NCBI GenBank assembly: GCA_002633005.1
Contig: NMRA01000183.1
Location: 76,426 to 140,425, forward strand
DNA length: 64,000 nucleotides
Origin: Phoronis australis
Lineage: Eukaryota > Animalia > Phoronida
Reading direction: 5' to 3'
In this document: positions 12,101 to 24,100 of the stretch, in pieces
Numbering within the stretch: the first letter of the stretch is position 1
Layout: every line of letters starts with the position of its first letter
The notes under the pieces: generated by a model
Told to the model about the DNA's origin: nothing
Seen by the model: the letters and a program-made list of their open reading frames with translations, nothing else
The model's database searches: none
Made by a program: the position numbers and the translations under genes

Positions 12101-15100
12101 TCGGTTCAGTGACGGCCATTTAGCAGCTGAAAGTTTGACCCCAAGAATTGACCGGGGAGTGAAAAATGTGCTGAGTGCTCGTACGACTTCAAAATATTCA
12201 ACAATGTCCCCATTTGTTGTAATGGATATCAATAGGAAAAAGAAAGCTCAAATGGTTTGCTGGCATACTTTTCATTTTCCACCACTTAGTATGCTAATAG
12301 ATATGAGCTTGTAAAAGTCATGAAAAATGGCAAAATTTCGCTCTTGCTGAATTTTGGCCATATTGTTTTGGTCACCCTAACGATAGCTGCAGAGCCGCTT
12401 GCCACTTCACTGCTGAGTCCTCTGAGACGGGAAATCAAGAGATCTGGGGTGAGGAGTGATGAGGAAGGTGCAACCAAGTGCTGACATGTCTCGGGTGGTG
12501 GATGAATGGAAAATGTATTGGTGTGATAGAGATGTGCCACCGTTTGATTCCAGTGCAGCTGCAGTCGACGATTTCTGGAACGGTGTTTTTTCACTGTGTG
12601 GTGTGGAAGGGAGAGTTAGATATGAAGTGTTCCCACCAATAGTGAAAGCTGAACTGATGCTGAGTGGAAAGAAGTATGTCCATTAATTCTTACATACTTT
12701 ATAATTACCGGTATGGGCAAACGACCATGGTGGGTTTCCGCTCTGTGAAGGAAGCTGTTAAGTTTTAAAGATCCTGTGGATGGCAAGCTTGAGAGAATTC
12801 CAATGACAAAGGAACTCAGATTGGCTTACAAATCTGCACATTCAAATTATCTGGCATGACTTGAAGAATGTTGACAAGAACAGGGGCAATTATGGCAAGA
12901 AGCATGAGCAAGTAAAGTTGAACTGGAGATTGCACGGAAACATTAGGAAGAGTTGAAACATGCGAAAAAAAAAACTTTTTGAGTCAGAAGACGATCTCGC
13001 TAAAGAAGACAATGTCTTAGGAGAGTTTAAGCTTGTGATGAGCTCATGTGTGATGCTAATGTGAAATTGTGAGAAGCATAGTCTGGTTCATCAGCCATCT
13101 CTAAGCAGTCAGTGACTGTTGCATCCATGATGCTTGACTCTCCAATGGCAAAACGTGATGAACTGAATAAACACATTGATGAATTCCATAGAAAACGAAA
13201 GCGTCTTGAAAGCAAAACTTCACGTAAGCTCCTTTAAAAAGCTTCATGTATGTCCAGTGATCCAGTCTCTGCAAAGACATCCAATAAAGCAATGAATGTG
13301 TGCTGAGAACATTAATTTGTTGAGTGTAACGTACAAAATGTCTTTAGTGTTTTGCATGTGGACTGATATGTAGAATATAGTTGTTTTGTTGTTTGAAGCT
13401 ACTTTTGTTTTTGTGTTTTGTGCAGAGACCACAACGTAGAGGTGCTCCTGCTTTTCCTATTTTGTCATGATTTCTTCCTATTTTTTTCCTGAAAATTTCC
13501 TATTTTCCTATTTTTTCAAGGCCTTACATTACTTGCCGCCCTGGGTGTGTTCCCCTAATGGCAATTTTAGCTTTATACGTTTTCCTCTGTATCTTCAAAG
13601 GTCCTCAACGGATTTTCATAAAATTTGGAAGAGAGGTATCTATTGGTGAGATGACGCTATGCTCCCATTTTCGAATGGATTCAAGGTATTTTGCGGCACC
13701 TAGTGGGTATTTTTGCTGTTTTTGAGTTTCCTGTTTTTATGCGCCCACATATTTATATGTAAACTCATTATGCCGTCATCTCCATCTGTCCAGCGTCCTC
13801 TGCTCTATCTCCAAAATGCCTTGACGTATGATCACGAAATTTTGCGCATGTGTTCCTTCTGTGAATAGGACAGCATGAGCAAACTTTCGGGCGGATCCGA
13901 TTACCGGTGTGCCCCCTAGTGGCAATTTTAGTTTTTTACGTTTACCTCTGTATCTTAAAAGTCCTGAACGGATTTTTGTGCAATTTGGTATATAGGTACC
14001 TATTAGGGAGATGATGCTGTCCTGTCGTCTTGAGGTGGGTTCAACGTAGTTTGCGCCACCTAGTGGCCATTTTTACTGTTTTTGAGTCTGTTTTTTTGCA
14101 TCCACCCCTCTATCAACCAAACCGCTCAAAGGATGATTGTGATGATTGGCAAGCATGTTCTTACTATGAAGTGGATGGCTGACGATGATTTTTCGAGGAT
14201 TTTGACCACTGTCGCTCCTCCTAGTGGCAGTTTTTTTGTGCCTATAGACCCAATTCACGCCGACAGGGGGCGCGTTCCAAAGCGAGGCTCGCTACGATAG
14301 CTCTGTTGGCTTATCGGCATACTCAGGGTTGTATTCCGCGTTGGTCGGACGGGCTAGAAAAATACGGACACTCAACTCTCTGTTTTACAATCCCTAAGGA
14401 CATTAGGATTTGAAAGCGTTGGCTCGTTGCCATATACCGCGACGAAGGAAAACATGTCCATGTAAAATTTAAATGTTTTCGAAAAGTTAGATCATATTTT
14501 GTCGCATCTCAGTTGCCGAACATCATAGCAACGACTGGAGAATCTTCAGCCAGCCAGGCTGTGTTTTCATGACTACGGGTTGAAAGATGATGCATTTTTT
14601 CCCAAAAAGACGGGGCCTTCAATCCCTCTATTTTGGGGCCGAATATCAGCCGTAGTCCCCTCTCAAAAAAATATTGAAAAATTCCCCCGAAATGCCCTGG
14701 CCCGGCCATGAGACCTAAAAATTCCTATAGGGATAGAAAAGCTCTCTCCGAAGTTCAAATCACCTGTTACCACACAAGTGACAATTTGAAAGAGCACAAA
14801 ATGCTACTTGAGAGAGAGCCTATGAGAGCTTGCAACAGGTCGCCGTGGGTGCTATTGATCTGATCAGGAGGTAGATTTTTCCCCTCACTTCGCTCGGTGG
14901 AAAAATTCCCCTCGCAGAAGGCACAGGCACCTTTTCTCTTGGATGAACGAGGCCCCTGAAGAAACATGATAACTATGCTTGCTCTGTCCAGTTAACTGAA
15001 ATTGAGCTCTACTAAACGAGGTTATGCTTTGGACGAATGAATTGGGTGTTTTAATTTTAAAATTCAACATGACTTTGTCCAGATTGATACGCATAAAATA

Positions 15101-18100
15101 GACGTTAGAATTATTAAAACCAAGAAAGCAGAATTGATGGTCAAATAATTACTTGTGAATGTGTGCAAGGGAGTGAATGAGAACCTGGATATAATGCCAA
15201 AGCGGGGCTGTACTCGTTAATTTTTCAAGCATCTTTTATTGAGGTGACGCTATCTCTCTATTTTGAAATGGATTCGACATAGTTTGCGCCACCTATTGGC
15301 CATTTTTACTGTTTTCGAGTCTGTGTTTTGGCGTCCACTTGTCTATAAACCAAACCACTTTCAGGATTACTTTGAAAATTGGCATGTATGTTTTTACTAG
15401 GAAGTGGACAGCTGGCGATGATTTTCCGACGAGTTCGACTACTGTACCACCTCCTAGTGGCAGTTTTGTTTTTATTTTTTGCGCTCATGGCTGCATCTCC
15501 TAAATCGTTTGCGGGATCTTTACTTAATTTAGCAAGTTTATATGATATTGACAACAGGCAGCGACGACTTTCGGAAGTGTCTGACTACTGGTGTGCCCCC
15601 TAGTGGTAATTTTATTTTTTTTACGTTTACCAGTCTGTATCTTCAAAGGTCCTCAACAGATTTTCCTAAAATATTGAATTTAGGCATCTATTGGTGAGAT
15701 GACGCTATCTTCCTGTTTTTGGATGGAATCGAGGTATTTTGCGCCCCTACTGCCCATTTTTGCTGTTTTCAAATCTTGTTTTTGGCATCTACCCCTCGAT
15801 CAATCAAATTCTAGGGATGGTTTTGAAAATTGCCGTATATGTTGTCAGTGTGAAGAGGACGTTTGATGATGGTGGCTACTGTTGCGACTCCTAGTGGTAG
15901 TTTTGATTTTTGCCCATAGCTGTATATCCAAAACCCACTGCAGGATCTTTATTAAATTTAGTAAGTGAATTTATATGAAGATAACAGACGACGACTTTCA
16001 GGTGGATCGAACGGACAGTGTGCCCACCAGTGGCAATTTCGTTTTGTATTGTTTTCCTTTATTTCTCTGAAGTTCCTTGACATATTTTTATAAAATATGG
16101 CATGTTCCTGTTTTTGGATGGATTGTACATTTTTGCGCCATCTAGTGGCCATTTTTATGATACAAATATGTAACCCTAAAAGCACACCATTTGCGATGCA
16201 TTCTTGGGTGCATTTCAACACTCCGCGTTGCTCTTGTTTTAGTGTCCGTTCGCTATCAACCAAACCATTCTAAGGGTGATATTGAAAATTGCCATATATA
16301 TTCTCAATGTAAAGAGAACGGTTTAGCGATGATGACTTCGACTGCTGTGGCACCTAGTGGCAGTTTTTACTTGTTTCGCCAAGTATGTTGCTCTTCCACT
16401 AAGTTTTTTTTTTTTTTTTTTTGTTCGCACGATACAGGTCGCAATTTTCGTCCGATCATCACGAAATTTACACATAACACGTACTTCCGGAAGTACTGGA
16501 AGCCTATTGTTTTTCGTCAAAATCGGATCCAAGGTGGCGGCTGTGGCGGCCATTTTGTTTTCATTTGTTTTGTGTTCATAGCTGTATCTCCGAAACCCAC
16601 TGCAAATGTTCATGTATTTCTATCAAATTACTTTATCTTCATTCTCAAGGAACTTCAAATGTGAAATATATACCATGTAGTGAGAAAAAGAGATTGAGCA
16701 GGATCACATTCAACTGCATGGAAATTTGCTTACTACTTACTTAGGTCAAAGGTTCAGGGCTTGGAATTTTCCTCTTTTAAGAGCATTTCCTCTTTTTTGG
16801 TTTTAATTCCCTCTTGATTTCCAGTTTTCTCTTTTTTTCTCCTTTCTTCTATCATTATTTTGGTTTTATTCATGCAAAGACGTTCTGTTCTGTGAGTTAA
16901 ATTTTACAACAGAAAATCATATTTCTGTCACCCAAGCCTATTTATTTTGTGGAATGATATATAACCTGGAAAATTTTCTTTTTTTGTCATTGTCAAGGTT
17001 ACATGGCTATCTTTCGAATCGAATCTCCTGCCAGGCAGAGCAGTTCTGTATGTACCCTCAGTTCTTTCATTCACCGAGCCAAAATGACATTGGGTCAGCG
17101 AGGTGTACATAGCATAAAAAGATGCTGGGGAAAACAAAGACAAAACATAGTTTTGATCCTGAGAGAGTTGTCACTTGTGTGTCTGCATGCATACGATCAT
17201 TGACTCCGAGTCGCCACACCGCCTCTGTGATTTTGTATTCACAAACGCAACAAATTCATTGATTTTGTTTGTTCTTTTGGCATTTTATTTTTTTGATCTT
17301 GTGCTCATGACGCGTTTTACCCGCGTACTCTATTTCTGTTGTTCATTTTGTATCGAATTTCTTGATATCAGTCTCTCTTGCATGTAGTGTGAAATGTTGA
17401 CCTACTTAACAATTGACCCCACCTTGACTTAGCTTGAATCGTGGCACATTCACAAAATTAAAATGTTTTAGTGATAATTAAGTTGATTACGCACTGCATA
17501 TTAGTTGACATTGTGAATGAGTGTTGAAATAGCATGGTAAAGACTTGTGTAGGTTTTATTGACCAAAAAGAAGTTTTCACCGAATAATAAAAGCGATTAA
17601 CCAACAGATTTTGAAGACTCCCAATTTTTTCTACTTTTTCTGTGCAAATAATGTGTAGCATTGTAAGTGAGAACAATTTGCCTTTTGAAAGCATGTCTTA
17701 TATTGAAGGCGTGATGGGGCAACTGAAATGCCTAGGTGGAGATTTTGCACTCACCGAGTTGCTTATATTTTATGGTTGTTTGAAAACAAATGTGATGTCA
17801 AAATCTCGATACAGAAAAGCTGTCTTCTGAGTCCAGTACGTTGACAGTGGCGTTGTGGAAACGTAGTGAACAGAAATATCTGGTACTGACTCTACATATC
17901 TCCATTACTTCATAAAACAGTTTTAAAAGGAATAAAAATGGCATTACCACACCAGTGGTCTATATAAATATATGTGCAGTCAATGAAGAAAATTTTTGTC
18001 ACAAATATTGACCACTGGCAGGTTTATAAATTCATAATTTTTCGAAGTTGTATGCATTCTGAACCTTAGGTAATGTCTTGTGGGAATGTAGAATGTTTAA

Positions 18101-21100
18101 TGTTTTCTTCTTCAGTTGGCATCCTGGACAAACCAGTGGTTATACAGCAAGGGAAGCGTGAAAGAAAAAAGACAGAGCGAATGTCTTATGAAAAGGTTGT
18201 AACTCCAGAGAAAAAAACCCTTGAGATTCCTGAAGGAAGGGGAATCAAACTGGGCGACTGCCCTCGAAGTAAGAATTACCTTCAGTGTGTTTAATAAAGT
18301 CATGTGTATTTGTGTCTGCAATTTTGTTTGATCGCTTTTTTGGGTCTTTCTTTTTGATATGAGTCTAACTTTGGTTTTTGCTAAATTTTAATGAACAGAC
18401 ATAGTCTAGTGATGAGGGAAATTCTACACACTACTTGCAGAAAACCCGATTTTATGTAGTTCAATAGCGGAGTTGCAAAACCGCCATATTGGAAATGGGT
18501 TAGAATGTTGCATTGTGGTTAAGCCAGTAAACAAGTACAGGCGACAAACGTGGGGGCGAACCGGCCACAGGGAGGTTGTATGTGTTGTGTGCCTGGCTGC
18601 AATAATACCAGTTAGCGAGATAAAGAATTTAGTTACTACCTGTTTCCCAAGGATCAAGAACTGCATTAAACATAGGTTAGAAACATCGGTAGAGCTGGTA
18701 GCAAAGGCCGACTTAGTGAATTCTTTCCGACTTCGTATGCAGCGCTCATTTTGAGGGCGGCAAGAAAACGTATCTTGGAAACTGCCCAACAATATTTCCC
18801 TTGAAAGAAACAGTAACAAATACTCCAAAGCGGATGGTAGTGAAAAGAAAAACTTGTTTTCGGTTGACAGAACCAAGCCAACATGAGCAATTTTGAGGAT
18901 CATGCCTCTTCACAGCGCACCTGTTCTGGGTCGACTCACTTAACGTGTGCACACTATATGCATTAATGCACTAAGAGAAAGCGTGCAGAATATTATTATT
19001 TACTTTCTACAAAATTGTGGTGCATTTTTATCAAAATTCATTGTTAAAATTACAATCATTTTTCAGAGAATTGTGCTGAAATCCCAGGGCGAAATCTCGC
19101 CGACAAATGCGTAGCTGCCGGTCTCGCAATCGTCGATAGGGCTTGAATTCTTGAATAAGAATACAGCTTCGACTCAACAAATTACCTGAAATCTTCCTCA
19201 AGTTTTCCAAATAGCATCTCTAAGATTTTTAAGTCCTTGTGGAGTCTGGATTAACTGCAGATGAGTCCAAATCTGCCCTAGATTGTAGCCCGCAACACGA
19301 GAAAAATCTCTGGAAGAACACACATGTTGTCACGTGACGTTTGTTCTGAAGTTTTTATGCGTGTGTGTGAAAGTTTGTATGCGTGTGCTTGTCATCAGAG
19401 TTCATTTGCCAGAGTAAATGCGATGTAATGATCTTGGTGTGCATTGTATCCAAAGAAATTAACTCAAGCAGTCAAGCGTGTTTTAATATTTAGCTTAGCA
19501 CTTGCTGGCCTCATCTGCTAAAAAAGGTTCGAGATTTGTTTCGGTAAGACTGATATGTCACTCATTGAGTCACCGGGTGAGTGGATGCGTGACCGTAGTC
19601 ACGTAGTGAAACAGCTATTTTCCGGAAGATTTGGGGGGTAAGGGTGCGAATGTGTTCATTATCAGTGGATCATTTTGATTTTAAAAACACCAATTATGAT
19701 TAGTTAAATAATTTCTCTTAAAAATAATGCAAAAGCTTTTTACGATATTAGAAACTTTCGGAGAATTGTTTCAATATTTATTTCTTGCCGATGCTATGTT
19801 ACCCGTTTCATGTATAGATAGTTCCCCATTAAATGTCTTTGATGACAGCCGGTACGTTATGCAGCGCGCGCTTCTTAGCCGCGTGCTAACACTGGTCAAG
19901 TTTTTTTATTAGTCTTCGATCCACGGTTTCCACCTGTACAAAGAAGTTTGAATTCCTGTTGAGGCCGGAGAAGATCTGTACCGGAAAGAAACAATGCAAT
20001 CCCGCTGACAAGTACACTGCGTCTGTTTTCCATCCAGACCCGCGTAGTGGGGCACATCCCTCGCAAGAGCAGCAAAACTTTTGCGTTTTTTTTTTTAATC
20101 GCGGTGTAAGTTTGAAGTGTATACGGACATAACGGTGAGGCTCGTGGTCTACAAATTCAGGACTGTCGTATCTTTCAGTTGATAAATTGGAGATGTTAGA
20201 ACTGTAGGTAAGGCATTTTTCGCGTGTAGTTCATGGGCTGGGCACTGACTTTAGCGAAGTCTGAAAACGCGTTGGGGCACTTATTGGGGCATGGGCGCTT
20301 ATTAGGGCGAATAGCGGCAGAATTACATAGAGCAGCGTAGTTTAATGCACACAAATCACACGTCGTGCAAACCAACCGTCCATTCCATATACCCTTATCA
20401 ATCCCAATAGCCTTTGCGTACCCTAATTTCGGTACATGCGCAATCGTTAAATTGATTCAGTTGCAACTCTGCTATTTGGTCTATAGTTTTGTAGGTATTT
20501 AGATAAATGCTCTGTGGAGACCTTGGTTTTCTGTTTCCAAAAACAGAAATCCGTTTTAGGAAACATGAAATGCTGCTTTCTTCCATATTATCAATTTTGT
20601 TTTATTTCAAATTAATAAATAGCAGAAAATCATTTGGAAAATCTTTTTACTTTTAGCTGAATTATGTCACAGCTTTATTTACCTATAATTACCTGCATGT
20701 CAGGTTAAGGCTGTTGCAGCAAAATCTGTATGGGAGGGGGGGAATGCACTTTTATTTTGTACCCACCGCCCATGTTTTTCATTTATTTCTCCAACCCATG
20801 ACCCATAATTTTTTAATTATTTTTAATAGGTTAAAATATAAAATCCAACACTTGCAAACAAATTGCCTCAAGGAGGACCTGTTAAGAACTCAGATGATTG
20901 ACAGACAAGAACTAGTTGTCTTGTCCAATATTGTCAAAAACTAAAGTGTAGCCTGTGAGCAATACTTTTGGCAGCCACCAGGTGTCTCTGTTAACCATGT
21001 GTCTATAATTTCAATGAACATTTCTTCAATTATAAGGATCTATGAATCTCAAACTGTCTCCACGAACTCTTTTATACTTCTGTGTCAAGTGAGTATTGGA

Positions 21101-24100
21101 ACTTGTTTATCTTACTCCTCATACTTTTTATTTAAAAATCATCAATTTTCTTATACCAGTTTAGTGTTGCATAACTTTTCAATTCAATAGGACTGCAGAC
21201 AAACAGTTGGCTCAAATCAAGTTGCCCATGGCTTGATTAATGGCTTAGTGAACATATTGCACTCTGTTCACTGGCAATATGGGCTTTTTTGTATTGGGAT
21301 AAGTTAGGATATATGCCAATTGCATTTGTTTTGAGTTTAGATGGCTGAAGTAAGCAACCTGTCAACATTAACAGGTCAAAAAATACCACCCATTTTTAAT
21401 GCATCACTTCTTACAGGAACGACCACCCATAATTTGAGTTTTTTTTGTGAAGACCACCACCCATGAATTTTTATTTCTACTGCCGCGCCCCCCCCCCCTT
21501 CCCACACGGATTTTACTGGAACAGCCCTTAATTGTCTCCCAAAACTCCCCAAAAAACTTCCGCCTTCAGAAAGAATGAACTACTTGAACAGGTCTCCTTG
21601 TAAACTATCATTTTTAATTTGTGGCCGGTATATGTAGAATTAATGGATTGAATCTCTTAAGGTTTGGTAATTAATCACAAAAATATCAGAAGTATTGTAT
21701 TTCTTACTGACTGAAGTATTCCATTTGAAATCTCCAATTCCATGAAATATGTCAGATTCCGTGAATTCAAACCTTTTTTGGTTACCACGAAAAACCAGGG
21801 TCTCTATTGCTGCAGGTACACATCGCCTTAAATGTCTCATCTTAACTTTCTGTTTGGTGTCTGCTTACAGTTGAACACATGTTGGGAAAGACCAAGTCAG
21901 CCGACTGTAAAACTCTACACAAAATCTTATTTTCAAGGGCTGGCACAGTAAGTAGTTTGGACCATATACTATAGTTGTCAGGTATGAATTAGTGAAGGAA
22001 CTGGGTTACGATAAAGGGATTTCCCGAGATCTAGTTCTTGAAAAGTAATTTCAGGCTTTTCTCGTGATTTTTTTTAAGTGATCTATATTTATTGAAGAAT
22101 ACACAGAACATACAAAGAAATAATAACAAACCCAGAAACTGCAAAGCATTATATCTGGGTTGTAAACAATTCATAAATGAAACTAATATACATAGAGGTA
22201 TATACAATTAAGTAGTCTCTAATATAAGTATTCCAATACTTAGATATGCTGTTAAAATATATATTTTCTCGTGATCCTCACAAGTATTTCTGAAATCTCC
22301 ATTTAGCAAAAGTACAGTGGCTATGAAAGTATTCCTGTATCTGCTCTTTCTTGATGTAGTTTTGTATTAATTCTAGGCTGTGATATGCTTATAATTACAT
22401 CACTGAACTATTACCGTACTCGTCCGGGTTACCGCCCAGGTCGCTTATATGGGGAATCTAAAAAAACAAAGGGTGAGCGGTAAGCCGAGCATGGGCGGTT
22501 AAAATCGTAATTTTTGAAATATCAGGAGTGATTGCTTACTGTATGGAGGACAGAGCTACTCTGACGTCGGACTTCAAGCTTAGTAGTTCAAATATACGTT
22601 GGCTTATTGAAGGAACGGACTTCGGCTCCCTGAAGTGGAATAGCACACACACTATACAGTGGTGTCGTGATTGTTTTTTTTTACATACCTCGGGTCGCTG
22701 CTTGTCATCTCTTAGAACTAAGGTATTCCTACAGGTAGGCGTGCATTCAGTCGGGCAAGTTTCTTAAGAGAAAAGACAGATCAAGCGAAGCTTTGCTATT
22801 GCGCTGCGTGGTTTTGTAGATTTGCTCCCTGCTAAACACTTTGGCAACCAAAACATGTGCTAATGATTGACAGGTCTCAGTTCTTTTAAGAACATTAAAA
22901 TGCTTTGTGGATGGTAAGCAGAGCATTAACCCATATCCTGCTAAGCCTCTATTCAGACAACTTTCCCTGTGCCCTGAGCTAAGTAGGTCACCACTGCTGC
23001 TGTGCACTGGGCTGTTATGAAGGTCACTCAGATTTATAATGACCTAACATTTTTAGATTGGAAATTTGGGGGGTTATGTCAACTTTACATAAAAGTGGCC
23101 TGTACGAAAGTTGTTCAGAATTTACTGGAAATTTTCATCATATGCATATCTTTACCGTAGCATTGGTGTAAAAAATTCTATAAACTTTCAAACTGGACAC
23201 CCTTTGCTTTTATCTGTTTTCGTACATACGAACATTAGAGCTGACACTCAAAAACTGAAATAAGCATTTTGAAAAGGGAATTCATGAGACTTGCATGTTT
23301 AATAAAACACATTTATTGTCTGTAATATCACATCTACAAACAAGAATGTACAGTATATAACATACCTCAACTTTGCACAATGACAAATTCATGACTGGTG
23401 CAGTTGCTTGCTAAAGTCTGTTTTGAAGTTCACCTTGGTGTACAAAAACTTGAAACACGGGTGGGACACAAAGCTATTCTGTGAAAAAGTCACAAAAATA
23501 TCTAGTTCTGAATGAGTTCCATCATGTTTCAGAGGCCCTTTCATTGTGCCTGAAGGGCGTGAGCCAAGCATTGTCGTAGACCCCTCCAAGTTCAGCTTCA
23601 GGGACCGATAACTCCTCCAAAATTGCACTGAGATCCGAATCGATAGAATCTGCATTACTGTAACTGTTGTGTGAAAGGCGAAGGCAACCTTTTTCCATGT
23701 CATTTTGAGCTAAAATAAGGTTGGTTGGTTATCCTAGACATATTTTCCACTTAATTACAGCTTTTCGTAATTTTATTAATTACTCGTCCGCTACTGCGGA
23801 AGTGACGTTTTAGGAGGCAAGCATTTCGCGCCAATTTCTTTTCATATAGTCTGACTGTGAGAGCTGCCGAGTCAGTCATTGTTNNNNNNNNNNNNNNNNN
23901 NNNNNNNNNNNNNNNNNNNNNNNNNNNNNNNNNNNNNNNNNNNNNNNNNNNNNNNNNNNNNNNNNNNNNNNNNNNNNNNNNNNNNNNNNNNNNNNNNNNN
24001 NNNNNNNNNNNNNNNNNNNNNNNNNNNNNNNNNNNNNNNNNNNNNNNNNNNNNNNNNNNNNNNNNNNNNNNNNNNNNNNNNNNNNNNNNNNNNNNNNNNN

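Larger units (their letters stand above)
9867..16640 (+). mobile_element. HINE-type element with multiple nested insertions
   Basis: Same 5' structure as 8803; core units resume seamlessly after the insertions at 10492-13543 and 13735-16229. The 3' boundary is approximate. Confidence 0.6.

Noticed and set aside
18424-18903. 159-aa minus-strand ORF in DEK intron 3
   Set aside because: No recognisable motifs; probably repeat-derived or chance.
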